Shown here piece after piece: positions 1 through 12,397 of a DNA stretch of 64,000 nt. The stretch is from Chiloscyllium plagiosum (lineage: Eukaryota). The stretch spans positions 24,858,500 to 24,922,499 of the forward strand of contig NC_057720.1 in NCBI RefSeq assembly GCF_004010195.1. The letters run 5' to 3'. The first letter of the stretch is position 1. Each line of letters opens with the position of its first letter. A program made the position numbers and the translations under genes. Below the pieces are notes generated by a model. The model saw only the letters and a program-made list of their open reading frames with translations, did not search any database and was not told the DNA's origin.

Positions 1-243
1 TTTAAATTAAGGGGGGATAGGTATAGGATAGATGTTAGGGGTAGGTTCTTTACTCAGCGAGTCGTGAGTTCATGGAATGCCCTGCCAGTAGCAGTGGTGG
101 ACTCTCCCTCTTTATGGGCATTTAAGCGGGCATTGGATAGGCATATGGAGGATAGTGGGCTAGTGTAGGTTAGGTGGGCTTGGATCGGCGCAACATCGAG
201 CGCCAAAGGGCCTGTACTGCGCTGTATTCTTCTATGTTCTATG
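1..243 (+). mobile_element. CR1-clade LINE 3' end with short tandem tail
   Basis: Encodes a FFTQRVVSSWNALP-like ORF2 C-terminus and ends in tctatgt repeats. Confidence 0.8.
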
Positions 244-244
244 T

Positions 245-1480
245 ACTATAGATGCACAAAGGGTGTAGGGGCATTCTTGAGTGGGACGTCAGGAAGGCAA
301 AGACAGAATATGAGATATCTTTGGTATATAAGGCTAGGGTATATCCAAAGAGATTCTACAAAGGCATTAAGAGCATAAGCAACTATAGAAGGAATAGGGT
401 CCCTTAAAGGTCAACGACATATTATGTGTTAAACTCAGGAGATGGGAGAGATACTAAATAAATATTTCACATCAGTCTTTACTGTGAAGAAAGAAATGGA
501 GTTTTGAGAACTTGGGGACATAAATATCGACGTTTTGAAAACAGTTCACATTACAGAAGAGGAAATACTGGAGGTCTTTGAAAACATAAATGTGGATAAA
601 TCTCCAGGAACAGATCAAGTGTAGCCCAGGATGTTGTGGAAAGTTAGGGAAGAAATTGTGGGGCCTCTAGCAGAAACATTTGCATCATCGGCACAGTGGC
701 TCAGTGGTTAGCACTATTGCTTCACAACGCCAGAGATCTGGATTCGATTCCAGCCTTGGGCAACTGTCTGTGTGGAGTTTTCATGTTCTCTCCATGTTCC
801 TGTGGGTTTCCTCCAGGTGCCCATGGTGTTAAGGGATGTATAGGGTAGGTACATTAGTCAGGGGAAATATGAGTGAATATGAGGATTCTCTTTGGAGGGT
901 TGGTGCAGAGTTGTTGAACTGAATGGATTGTTTCCATACTGTAGGGATTCTATGATATCTATAACCACAGGTGAGGTGCCAGAGTACTGGACGGTGGCTA
1001 ATGTTGTGCTTTTATTTAAGAAAGGCTGGAAGGAGAAGCCTGGGTACTACAGACCTGAGACTGATATCATTGGTGAGTAATTTGTTGGAGGTGATTCTAA
1101 AAGATCAGATTTATATGTGACCACATCAGCGGACACAGCCCAGAGTGAAGGCCTACAATGTCTGAAGTCCTCAACAGAGTACCAGCTACGGTCAACAGGA
1201 ACAGCCACCTGCACTTCAAAATCGTGTTGCACCTAGTTAGCAGGAAGACGGGAGGTGGGTTGGTAATGATGCAGGGCATCCCAAGGAAACGCAATAACTC
1301 ATGAGGGGTAGTAAGCACGGCTTTGTGCAAGGAAAATCATGTCTCACAAACTTTATTGAGTTTTTAAGGAAGTAACCAAAAAGATTGGTGAGGGCAGAGT
1401 TGGAGGCATTGTTTACATGAACTTTAGTAAAGCCTTTGATAAGGTTCCACATGGTAGATTAATTAGTAAAGGTAGATCAC
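245..1480 (+). mobile_element. Degenerate CR1 LINE ORF2 fragment (interrupted by a SINE and an inverted insert)
   Basis: GEVPEYWTVANVVLLFKKG..PGYYRP and HGFVQGKSCLTN / [14 protein letters not shown] RT motifs. Confidence 0.85.
690..955 (+). mobile_element. tRNA-derived SINE (HE1/V-SINE-like)
   Basis: A-box tggctcagtggttag, B-box gattcgattcc, V-domain-like tgtgtggagttt..gggtttcctcc, LINE-like tail. Confidence 0.8.
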
Positions 1481-1489
1481 ACTCTTCAG

Positions 1490-2490
1490 GATGTTGGGGT
1501 TCTGGTTTGCAATCAGTAATTTGCTGATTTTTAGGTGGTTTGAATCACCCCCAGATCCCTGGTTGTGCCACTGGACTTATTTAATGAATGTGATGTGATA
1601 AAACAGGAGGCAGGCATTTCAAGGGCAAATAATCTCTGCATTTATTGAAACATGAAATTGAAAATTATGAAAATAATAGAAAGGTGAATATATCACAAGA
1701 AAACAAAAGAAAAAAAGGCAAATTACAAACAGTGGAATTGACACTGTCAAGTACAGAGGTTAGGACTAATATATAGTATTAGTCTAACACAATACTGCTA
1801 GGCACAGAACAGTAATATGGTCTCAAGTACCTGAATATTGAGACCTGCACCATTGCCAATCCACCTGCCCTCTTTCAGCTAACTAGGAACAACACGATTT
1901 TGAAGTGCAGGTGGCTGTTCCTGCTGACTGTAGCTGGTGCTCTGTTGAGGACTTCAGACCTTCACTCTGGGCTGTGTCCGCTGATGTGGTAAGACATGTT
2001 TGGATCTGTCAGGTGAGTACCATGATTTATCCTATTTCTTATGGTTCTTGCAAACGGGTCTTCACCTTAGAAGGTGTCTGAGGTCAGGAGTACTGATCAC
2101 ATTGATGTTGGTGCTCTTGGGTGCCTTTATTTGTCAGGTCTATAGTTTGTGGCTGATCAATGGAGGAGAGAGATAGCTGTGAGGATCCTTCTTGGTGCAG
2201 TGATCCTTCTTCTGGCAATAATTGTGGGGGATCCTTCCCTCTTCTGTTTCAACCCTTTCTGACTTCCTTTTCACCAGGGATTGGTGCCTTCAATTATGTA
2301 AAATTGCAGGCCTCTCATCACTCCACCAAATTTGATTTCCTACAATAGTCTCTTTGTTGTTCCTTTCAAGATGAACTGGTCTTCTTGCTTATTAGGATAG
2401 GTGCAAATGTCCTGTGTTTATGTGATTGAATATCCATTGAAGTTGGAGATCTTGGAATTTGTGCAGAATCCACGTTGGCTGAATCCAGTT
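1490..2490. repeat. Unclassified repeat, possibly an LTR-like fragment
   Basis: Interrupts CR1 sequence; part of it (1845-1990) is also present inverted at 1120-1277; no coding motifs recognised. Confidence 0.35.
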
Positions 2491-2493
2491 TTT

Positions 2494-2940
2494 CATAGAG
2501 CCATAGAGTCCTACAGCACAGAGACAGGCCCTTTGGCCCAAATTGGTCCTTGCCAACTAAAAATGTCCATTAAAGTTAACCCTATTTCCCTGCACTTGGT
2601 CCATATCCTTCTAAGTAAAAACAATGACTGCAGATGCTGGAAACCAAATTCTGGATTAGTGGTGCTGGAAGAGCACAGCAGTTCAGGCAGCATCCGAGGA
2701 GCAGTAAAATCAGGATGAAGGGCTTTTGCCCGAAACGTCGATTTTACTGCTCCTCAGATGCTGCCTGAACTGCTGTGCTCTTCCAGCACCACTAATCCAT
2801 ATCCTTCTAATCCTTTCCTATCCATGTACTTGTCCAAATGCCTTTTACATGATATTAATGTAGCCACCTCAACCACTCTGCTGGCAGCTCATTCCATATA
2901 TGTATCACCCTCTATATAAAAGAGTTGCCCTCAGGTTCCC
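2494..2940 (-). mobile_element. CR1 LINE 3' end
   Basis: Reverse complement of the CR1 tail (catagag repeats; WNELP motif); split by the Penelope-derived insert. Confidence 0.75.
2615..2799. mobile_element. Palindromic Penelope-derived mini-element (family A) with hammerhead remnant
   Basis: Inverted arms; TSD tccatatccttctaa at 2600-2614 and 2796-2810; centre GATGAAGGGCTTTTGCCCGAAACGTC. Confidence 0.85.
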
Positions 2941-2944
2941 TTTA

Positions 2945-3895
2945 TTTAAAACATATTTTAATTTGAAAAATTGACTTTTTTAATATTACAAGTACAAAAC
3001 AATACAATAAAAACAACACAAGTAAAAACACAACACAACCCGTCCTCATGTACAAATGTATAAACATATATAGAAAAGTATAGAATAAAAAAACCCAAAC
3101 TGGCTAGTTAACTAAATAAGTAAGTAATAACCAACAACAAACTAATAAATAGTAATAACTCAGTCCTGCCAAAGAAAACGCTCATACGTTCAGATTTCCT
3201 CCTCCCTGGATATTCCAAAAAGGGCTGCCATGTCTTATAAAAATTCTCAGTTTTGTGAAAATCTAAGGGAATACGCTCCATACTAATCTTCCACCAACCC
3301 GACAGGCCCAGGGGGTTTCTCGGATATCCGGCCTAGCAAGATATTCTTTCTTGCATAGAACGTGAGAATATTGAAAAGATTTTTCTTATGCCCATCTGCA
3401 GGGAATACAGAGGGCAGGCCCAGAAGGAGAGAGATAGGGTCCTTCTCCACCATTACACCTAAACTCCTCTCCACTGCACCCGCCACAGCACTCCATTATG
3501 TTTGAAGCCTATTACAAGACTAGAGACAATGGGTAAGAGTGGGACATGCTGAAGATACCCCTGGTTTACATTTTGGCAAACGGTCCAGAACCAAGTGGAC
3601 CCTGTGGAGAATCTTCAACTGTAAAGCATGGGTCCTATTGCAAATTGATATCTTCCTTGCATTCTCCCAAATATCCTCCTATGCCTGATGAAACTTCAAC
3701 ACCCAGCTCTCTCTCGCACACATTGCAGAGTTGAGTAAACTCATCTCAGGGTCATCCCCGGTTTATGATATAAAGTACTGACAGAAAGTGTACTCCTAGC
3801 ACTTAGCACCCCTCTCTCTATGTCGGATTTGTAGGGATCAGTCAAAAGTGTTGTCTTTTTTTGAATAAAATCCCGAAATTGAAAAAAATGAAAGA
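2945..3895 (-). mobile_element. L1/Tx1-clade LINE ORF2 C-terminal fragment and 3' UTR
   Basis: The minus strand reads THCL.SC..LQT.W...LLLGL...ARKNILL...PP, typical of an L1-clade Cys-rich C-terminus; it is frameshifted. Confidence 0.6.
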
Positions 3896-3898
3896 GGT

Positions 3899-5098
3899 CA
3901 TAGAGTCATAAAAATGTACACCACGGAAACAGACCCTTTGGTCCAACTCAACCATGCCGACCAGACATCCCAACCCTAATCCCTCCTGCCAGCACCCAGC
4001 CCATATCCCTCCAAACTCTTCCTATTCATATACCCATCCAAATGCCTTTTAAATGTTGCAATTGTACCAGCCTCCACCACTTCCTCTGGCAGCTCATTCC
4101 ATACGCATACCACCCTCTGTGTGAAAATGTTGCCCCTTAGGTCTCTTTTATATCTTTCCCCTCTCACCCTAAACCTATGCCCTGTAGTTCTGGACTCACC
4201 CAATACAGGGAAAAGACCTTGTTTATTTATCCCTCATTATTTTGTAAACCTCGATAAGGTCATCCCTCAACCTCTGATGCTCCAGGGAAGACAGCCCCAG
4301 CCTGTTCAGTCTCTTCCTATAGCTCAAGTCCTCCAACCTTGGCAACATCCTTGTAAATCTTTTCTGTACCTTTTCAAGTTTCACAACATTGGCCTAACCA
4401 ATGTCCGGTATAGCCGCAACATGACCTCCCAACGCCTGTACTCAATACTTTGACCAATACAGGAAAGCATACCAAACGCCTTCTTCACTATCCTAACCAC
4501 CTGCAACTCCACTTTCAAGGAGCTATGAACCTGCACTCCAAGGTCTCTTTGTTCAGCAGCACTCCCTAAGTCCTTACCATTAAGTGTATAAGTCCTTCTC
4601 TGTTTTGCTTTTCCAAAATGCAGCACTTCACATTTATTTAAGTTAAAGTCCATCTGCCACTCCTCAGCCCATTGGCCCATTTGATTAAGATCCCATTGTA
4701 CTCTGAGGTAACCTTCTTTGATGTCCACTACACCTCCAATGTTGGTGTCATCTGCAAACTTGCTAACTATACCTCTTATGCTCACATCCAAATCATTTAT
4801 ATGAATGCTGAAAAGTAGTGGACCGAGCACCAAGCCTTGTGGCATTCCATGGGTCACAGGCCTCCAATCAGAAAAACAACCATCCACCACTACCCTCTGT
4901 CTTCTACCTTTGAGCCAGTTCTATATCCAAGTGGCTAGTTCTCCCTGTGTTCTGTGAGATCTAACCTTGCTAACCAGTCTCCCGTGGGGAACCTTGTCAA
5001 ACGCCTTACTGAAGTCCATATAGATCACATCGACCGCTGTGCCCTCATCAATCAATCTTCATTACCTCTTCAAAAAAACTCAAACGAGTTTGTGAGAC
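3899..5098 (-). mobile_element. CR1 LINE 3' half (RT)
   Basis: ORF 4381-4890 has GMPQGLVLGPLLF..KFADDT..WQMDFNLNKCEVLHFG; ORF 3976-4203 has FTQRVVCVWNELP; tandem tail. Confidence 0.92.
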
Positions 5099-5099
5099 T

Positions 5100-5422
5100 T
5101 GTTGACAAGTTTGTGAATCAGACTGACTCAAGACTGGAATACAGACAGATTCTAACCTCATACCTTTAATACATTGTCTGAGCTGGGTTGTCACTTTTTT
5201 TTATTAAGTCATGTCAAGAATGTGACCTAAAATAAGTTCTAGCATTTCCATATTAATGAACCAAAACCTGCAACCCATTCTAAAAGATGAAAGACTAAAC
5301 AGCAATCTAGATTTGTTCAATATATTATTTCAGTTGCATGACACTGTAATCTTTTGCTATAAATTCAGTGCTTCCAAATAAACCTGTTGGACGATAACCT
5401 GATGTTGTGTGATTTTTAACTT
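5100..5422. mobile_element. Penelope-related (family C) terminal fragment
   Basis: Ends in ttccaaataaacctgttggac.ataacctg.tgttgtgtgatttttaacttt, shared with 41875-41930. Confidence 0.55.
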
Positions 5423-6328
5423 TAATGTTTTCCTCTCTAACCTTAACTGATGCCCTCTAGTCCCCAATTCACCAACCGTGGAAAAAAGACTGAGTGCATT
5501 CACCCTATCCATGCCTCTCATGGTCTTACACATCTCTATAAGGTTCTTCCTCAGTCTCCTACACTCTAAAGAAAATGTCCTAGCTTGTCCAACCTCTCTC
5601 TATAACTCAGACCATTGAGTCGAGGCACTCTTTCCTGTTTAATAACATCCTTCATATAAAAAGATGACCAAAACTTAATATAATACTCCAAGTGCGGCCT
5701 CACCAATATCCTGCATAACTGCAACATAACTTCCCAACTTCTATACTCAATGCCTTAACTGAAAAAGACCAGTATGTCAAAAGCCTTCTTCACTGTCCTG
5801 TCTACCTGTGACTCCACTTTCAGAGAACTGTGAACCTGAACTCCAAGATCCCTCTCTTTCACGACACTCCTTAAGGTCATACCATTCACCTTGAAACTCC
5901 TACTTTGACTTGATGTTCAAAAATGCAAGACCTCACACTTACCTATATGAAGTTCCATTTGCTATTTCTCAGCCCACTTCCCAAGCTGATCAAGGCCCTG
6001 TTGCAATTTCTGATAACCTTCCTCACTGAACACAATACTACCTATTTCAGTGTCGTCAGCAAACTTACTCATCATGCCTTGTACATTCTCATCCAAATTA
6101 TTGATATAGATAACAAAGAGTAATTAGCTCAACACCGACACCTAAGGCACTCCACTCGTCACAGGCCTCTAGTCCGACAAGCATCCTTCCACTGTCACCG
6201 TCTGCTTCCTACCATCAAGCTGATTTTGTATTCAATTTGCCAGCTCACCCTGGATTCCATGTGATCTAACCTTCCAGAGTAGCCTACCATGTGGAATCTT
6301 ATCAAAGGCATGAATGAAATCCATAATA

Positions 6329-7020
6329 CAGAGGAACCTCGATTATCCAAATATTGGATTATCTGAAGGGAATCTCAAAGTCCCAATAGAAACATTACGT
6401 CAAAGAGCTGTTTCAACCCTGATCACGTCTTTTGATTACAGCTATAATGATCAAATACATACTCGTTTCACTGAAATGCTGCCATAAACAGTCCTGGACA
6501 GTCCATGCACCATCTCTAAATGACTGACCTCCCACCTATTCTCTCTCCTTGGAATTCTACATAGGGGTGAACCCTAAACCCCCTCTTCCCCAGATAATCT
6601 CTCCAACATTGTCCTGTACAGGGCAGAGGTGGAACCTGTCAAAACGTTGCAGCAAAAAGTTGTGTGTGTGTGTGCTATTTGAGGAATTACTCCACAAAGC
6701 AGCAGTCTTAGTGTTAGTGCCCAGTCCGCTGCCCCGGGAAGTGGGGGAGATGGAGGTATGCATGTGGACAGGGGTGCGGGTTTGGGGGGTGGAGCTGGGG
6801 GTGGGCGGGGGAGCGGGGCAGGGCGGACGGGGTTGGGGGCAGGCAGGAATTAGGAGCAGGGGCAGGGGCTCGCACGCGGAGTGCTGATGCCTAGTCTCCT
6901 GAATGGGGAGCAGACTTCACAGAAAACGCTGAGCCCCAGAGGAAATCAATTAACCAAATAATCAATTATCCAAATGAATTAGTGCCCGCCCATCTCGTTC
7001 GGATAATCAAGGTTCCTCTA
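6329..7020. mobile_element. Non-autonomous Tc1/mariner (pogo/Tigger-like) MITE
   Basis: TIRs CAGAGGAACCTCGATTATCC / GGATAATCAAGGTTCCTCTA flanked by TA on both sides; removing it restores the CR1 RT sequence. Confidence 0.88.
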
Positions 7021-8607
7021 TAGATTATGTCTACTGCCCTGCTCTTGTCAACCTTCCTGGTCACTTCATCAAAGAATTCTAACAAATTTGTGAGGCCTGA
7101 TCTCCCACTCATAAAGCCATGCTGACTACTACTAATCAAACCCTGTCTTTCCCAATGTATGTATATCTTATCCCTCAGAACCTTCTCAAGTAACCTACCC
7201 ACCACAAATATTAAGTTTTCTGGTCTATTGTTTTCACATTTTTCTTTGCAGACATTCTTGAATATTTGTACGACATTCACTACCCTCCAGTTCTCCAGGA
7301 CCTCACCCGTGGCTAATGATGATGCAGAAATATCAGCCAGGGCCCCTGTAATTTCTCCTCTCACCTTGTGAAGTGTCCTTGGATATATCTGGTCAGGACC
7401 AGTAGATTTATCCACCTTCACACATTCAAATACATTCAGCACCTCCTCTACTGTAATATGGACCATCCCCAAGAAAGCACCACTAACATTCCCAAATTCA
7501 CAAGTCTTCATGTCTTTCTCCACAATAAACACAGAGGAGAAATATTCATTGAGAACCTCATCCATCTCTTGCGGTTCTACACCTACATGTCCACTTTGGT
7601 CCTGGAGGGGCCCTATTCTCTCTCTGGTCAATCTTTTTCGTTTAATATACTTGAAGAACCTCTTTGGAGTCACTCTAACCTTTTCAGCCAAGGGTATTTT
7701 GTGCCCCCTTTTCGTCCTGCTGATTTCCTTCTACTCCTGTATTCCCTGTACACCTCCAGGGATTCCCTTGATCCCAGCTGCCTGTACCAGAGCCATGCCT
7801 CTTTCTTTTTTCTGCTCAAAGCCTCAATATTTCTTGTCATCCAGGGTTCCCTATTCCCGCCAACATTGTTCATCATCCTTATAGGAACATATTGACCTTG
7901 AACTCCATCTATTGCACTTTTAAAGACCTCCCACTTGCCAGAGGCCCCTTTGCCTGCAAACAAACTATTCCAATCAACCCCTGCAAGCTCCTGTCTAATT
8001 CCATCAAAATTTGCCTTGCCCCAATTTAGAACTTGAACCTGTGGACCAGCTTTGTCCCTCTCCATAACTATTTAAAAATTAATAGAACTATTGTCACTGG
8101 TCCCAAAGTGCTCTCCCACTATCACCTCAGTCACCTGTCCTGCCCTATTTCCCAATAGTAAGTCGAGTTTTGCCCCTTCCTTGGTAGGAACCTCTAAATA
8201 TTGTTTGAGGAAACTTTCCTGAACACATTTAACAAATTCCACCCCATCTAAGCCCTTAACACTCTGGCAGTCCCATTCTATGTTAGAAAAAGTAAAATCT
8301 CCTACTATGAAAATCCTATTGCCCCTGCAAGTCTCCCAATCTCTCTAATTACAGTATTTGTTTCTCTAAATCCCATTGACTATTTGGGGGCCTAGAGGAC
8401 AACCCCAATAACATCACCATCCCATTCTTATTTCTTAGCTCCACCCACAAAGCCTCACTGGATGATCCTTCAGTTATTTCATCTCTGACTATTGCTGTGA
8501 TACTCACCTTAATCAAAAATGCAACTCCCCCTCCCCTACTTCCACCACCTCTATCACACCTAAAGCACCTGCACCCTGGCACGTTAAGTTGCCAGTCCTA
8601 TCTCTCC

Positions 8608-8839
8608 GGAGGAGAAAGTGAGGACTGCGGATGCTGGAGATCAGAGCTGAAAAATGTGTTGCTGGAAAAGTGCAGCAGGTCAGGCAGCATCCAAGGAGCA
8701 GGAGAATCGACGCTTCGGGCATAAGCCCTTCTTCAGGAATGACGGCTTCCTGAAGAAGGGCTTATGCCCAAAACGTCGATTTTCCTGCTCCTTGGATGCT
8801 GCCTGACCTGCTGCGCTTTTCCAGCAACACATTTTTCAG
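8608..8839. mobile_element. Palindromic Penelope-derived mini-element (family B) with two mutated hammerhead cores
   Basis: TSD cagtcctatctctcc at 8593-8607 and 8837-8851; inverted arms; CTGAAGAAGGGCTTATGCCC(A)AAACGTC on + and a ..GAAGCGTC variant on -. Confidence 0.88.
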
Positions 8840-9252
8840 TCCTATCTCTCCCTTAGCCATGTTTCTGTAATGGCTATAACATCCCAGTCCATTGTACCCA
8901 TCAACACCTTGAGTTCATCAGCCTTACCTGTCAGCCCTCTTGCATTGAAATAAATGCAATTTAATCTAACAAGCATTCCTTGCGTCCTGTCATGTTCCAG
9001 CCTGACCTGAATCTTCAACCTATTATTTCTGATAACTCCTTCAAACATTGCACTTGCGTCCCTGCCCACCCCACCCCTGCCAACTTAGTTTAAACACTCC
9101 CTTGCAGCACTAGCAAACCTCACCACCAATATATTGGTTGCTCTCCAGTTCAAGTGCAACCCATCCCTCTTGAACAGGTCACCTCTGACCCAGAAAATAT
9201 CCCAATGATCTAAAAGTCTGAATCCCTGCCCCCTGCACCATTCTTTATCTGT

Positions 9253-10507
9253 AGGTAAAAACAATGACTGCAGATGCTGGAAACCAGATTTTGGATTTGT
9301 GGTGCTGGAAGAGCACAGCAGTTCAGGCAGCATCCGAGGAGCAGCAAAATTGACGTTTCGGGCAAAAGCCCTTCAGGAATAAAGGCAGAGAGCCTGAAGC
9401 GTGGAGAGATAAGCTAGAGGAGGGTGAGGGTGGGAGAAAGTAGCATAGAGTACAATATGTAAGTGGGGGAGGGGATGAAGGTGATAGGTCGGGGGCGGGA
9501 GGAGGTTGGAGTGGATAGGTGGAAAAGAAGATAGGCAGGTAGGACAAGTCATGGGGACAGTGCTGAGCTGGAAGTTTGGAACTAGGGTNNNNNNNNNNNN
9601 NNNNNNNNNNNNNNNNNNNNNNNNNNNNNNNNNNNNNNNNNNNNNNNNNNNNNNNNNNNNNNNNNNNNNNNNNNNNNNNNNNNNNNNNNNNNNNNNNNNN
9701 NNNNNNNNNNNNNNNNNNNNNNNNNNNNNNNNNNNNNNNNNNNNNNNNNNNNNNNNNNNNNNNNNNNNNNNNNNNNNNNNNNNNNNNNNNNNNNNNNNNN
9801 NNNNNNNNNNNNNNNNNNNNNNNNNNNNNNNNNNNNNNNNNNNNNNNNNNNNNNNNNNNNNNNNNNNNNNNNNNNNNNNNNNNNNNNNNNNNNNNNNNNN
9901 NNNNNNNNNNNNNNNNNNNNNNNNNNNNNNNNNNNNNNNNNNNNNNNNNNNNNNNNNNNNNNNNNNNNNNNNNNNNNNNNNNNNNNNNNNNNNNNNNNNN
10001 NNNNNNNNNNNNNNNNNNNNNNNNNNNNNNNNNNNNNNNNNNNNNNNNNNNNNNNNNNNNNNNNNNNNNNNNNNNNNNNNNNNNNNNNNNNNNNNNNNNN
10101 NNNNNNNNNNNNNNNNNNNNNNNNNNNNNNNNNNNNNNNNNNNNNNNNNNNNNNNNNNNNNNNNNNNNNNNNNNNNNNNNNNNNNNNNNNNNNNNNNNNN
10201 NNNNNNNNNNNNNNNNNNNNNNNNNNNNNNNNNNNNNNNNNNNNNNNNNNNNNNNNNNNNNNNCTCGGATGCTGCCTGAACTGCTGTGCTCTTCCAGCAC
10301 CACTGATCCAGAATCTGGTTTCCAGCATCTGCAGTCATTGTTTTTACCTACTTTCTCCCCACCCCCACCCTCGTCTAGCTTATTTCCCCCATCCTTCAGG
10401 CTCTCTGCCTTTATTCCTGATGAAGGGCTTTTGCCCGAAACGCGATTTTGCTGCTCCTCGGATGCTGCCTGAACTGCTGTGCTCTTCCAGCACCACGAAT
10501 CCAAAAT
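9253..10507. mobile_element. Penelope-like insertion (family A) with inverted and partial-tandem pseudo-LTRs, spanning the assembly gap
   Basis: TSD ccattctttatctgt at 9238-9252 and 10508-10522; same termini as 2615; CTGATGAAGGGCTTTTGCCCGAAAC at 10417-10441. Confidence 0.85.
9589..10263. other. Assembly gap (675 N)
   Basis: Run of N. Confidence 1.
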
Positions 10508-10739
10508 CCATTCTTTATCTGTGCCTAAAGTTAGTTCATTGCTCTGGTAGGGCTGGTGTGAATAGGTTTCCCCAGCTTCCAGACAACTCTCCCCAGGACT
10601 GTATATTTCAGCATAACTCAGCTGCTGGGGCTTCCTTTGTTCAGTTCAATTTTTTAAAAAAATCCAAGATTCTGGTAGAAGTCCAGTAATTTTAGATGGT
10701 AGTGAATCTTCTCAAAATGATTGAGATTTTTGCTCAAAA

Positions 10740-10965
10740 TGACAGTGAGCTTGCCAATTAGATACAAAATTGGCTTTATGATAGGGGACAGAGGTTGAAG
10801 GTGGAGGTCGTGTTTCAGACTGGAGACCTGTGACCAGCGGTGTTCAAAAGGATCGGTCCTGTGACCACTTTTGTTTGTCATTTATATAAATAATTTGGTT
10901 AAGAATATAGGAGGCGTGGTTAGTAGGTTTATTGGTGGAACAGTGGACAGTGAAGAAGGTTATTG
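10740..10965 (+). mobile_element. CR1 RT fragment
   Basis: Degenerate WRPVTSGV.QGSVL.PLLFVIYIN motif. Confidence 0.7.
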
Positions 10966-11159
10966 CTCAGTGTCTCCAGCATCCTTTTGTCCGCCCATTG
11001 TCCCACTTTTCAGGATTAAATTCCATTTTCTGTAAATAGTGCCTAATACCCATTTGCCATGTTATTTCTCTAACGCTTTTCGTTTCCCCCCTTAACATTT
11101 CCCTCCAGGAGCAACATTTAAACTGGAGAGATAGTGCAGATCACACTTTGACCTGCAAC

Positions 11160-11520
11160 AGACATTGACGGGAACTGGGCGGGTTCGTGCCTGCATCAAA
11201 TATGGCGTCCACGGCACTCAACTCGACACGTGGCGAAATGCGCATGAGCATCCGCACTACGCGCAACCTCAGCTGCAACGCGGGCGAACGTAGTTGCCGT
11301 AGCGATTGGCGGCCGTTGGTACCGGTCCATCCAATCACAGCCTACGCTCGGTTCGCCCAATGGGAATGGGTGCTTTGGTTTGAGCGGACGAATGGGAACG
11401 CCCGGTCTGGTGGGGCGGTTGATGACTCGGATTTAAATCCAGAGGCAGCCCCGCGTAGCCATTTTGTGCGGAGCCGACGGCGAAAAAGCTTTTATTGCAG
11501 TGAGATCGACAGTACGTTTC
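11160..11520 (+). promoter_or_regulatory. Probable CDC20 promoter / non-coding first exon (CpG-rich, G2/M-type)
   Basis: Local CpG island. CCAAT boxes ATTGG 11305, CCAAT 11331 and 11357; GC box GGGGCGG ~11412; CHR-type TTTAAA 11432-11437; YY1-like GCCATTTTG ~11458. Possible donors at 11500 (gtgaga) or 11512 (gtacgt). The ATG-bearing exon has an upstream acceptor, so a 5' non-coding exon is required. Confidence 0.8.
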
Positions 11521-12397
11521 CGCTACTGAGTCTGGCCTGAGAAAACAGCGAAACCCTTTTCTTTCCTTGACTTTTTTTTTTGCTCTGCCTCAATTTGATG
11601 CTCGGTTTGGGTTGAGTTGCATTATACTGGTAGATCCTATCGAGGATTTTATTTTCACACAGTGGCCCGTGGGAATCAGGAGCTCACAACATGAAGGAGT
11701 CACAGGGATGTGAATCCCCAGGATGTTTGAGAAGTATTTAATCCCGAGCACTTGAAACGTCATGTCTTACAAGGCTATATGAGGGGACTGTTGCAGCGTT
11801 GTGGTACTGTCCTTACCTCTGGCTCCGGGGCTGAGTCCAAGTTAATAAACGAATCTACATGGCTGCAGGCTTGGCAAATTGAATTAGAATAGAATCGATG
11901 ACCAGCCGGCTGCTGGGCTGGAAGGTCTTTTCTGTGTTGTCAAGCCTCTGACTTTGGGCTTGTCAGATATTGCTGTTGTGTTGCAGTGCTTGTGAAGAGT
12001 AACTGGCAGGAGGCCTGCTAATCTGATACTTCCAGCAGATGCAGCCAGCACTAACTTTAAGTAGCCCTCATGTTTTGTGTTGGTAACGGTTTCACCCATT
12101 GAATAGTTTTCCTCCTGGTACCCATTGACTCCAGTTTTGGGGGTTCTTGGTCCCACTTGTATTAATTATTACCTTTAAGACTATTACCACTTCTCTGGAG
12201 GTCAATTCTTTTGTTTGGGTCAAGGCTGTAATGAGCTGAGTGACCCTGGCAGAACCCAAACAGTAACAGCACATAAACTATTATTGAGCAAAAGCTGGCA
12301 GCTTGGTAGCCCTATTGCTAACAACGCTCATCACTTTGCAGTAGTTTGGAATAATTTTGCTTTGAGTGAGGGCTTGTTTAATCCAGTATTGCTTGAT

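Larger units (their letters stand above)
5425..10570 (-). mobile_element. Long degenerate CR1 LINE (ORF1 end, APE endonuclease, RT) with nested insertions
   Basis: Minus-strand ORFs contain DGLHLN (ORF1), CIYFNARGL..IAITETWL, RGGGVAFLI, NWGKANFDGIRQEL and QHGF..SGLTNLLEFF; interrupted at 6329-7020, 8608-8839 and 9253-10507. Confidence 0.9.

Noticed and set aside
690..760. tRNA genes (also 28315, 39020, 54488)
   Set aside because: The A/B boxes continue into SINE bodies and no cloverleaf or acceptor stem is evident.
8709..10445. Hammerhead cores at 8709-8736, 8750-8777, 9352-9376 and 10417-10444 (also 2714-2738) as active ribozymes
   Set aside because: Each has a core defect: GAAA to GAAG or AAAA, a 3-nt deletion in CUGAUGA, loss of the U in GUC, or a truncated CUGA. 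They are kept only as decayed copies.
9323..10504. 250-390-aa ORFs
   Set aside because: Artefacts of reading through the N gap.
11187..11540. 117-aa ORF over the CpG island
   Set aside because: It starts at GTG, has no recognisable domain, and is explained by GC-rich promoter sequence.
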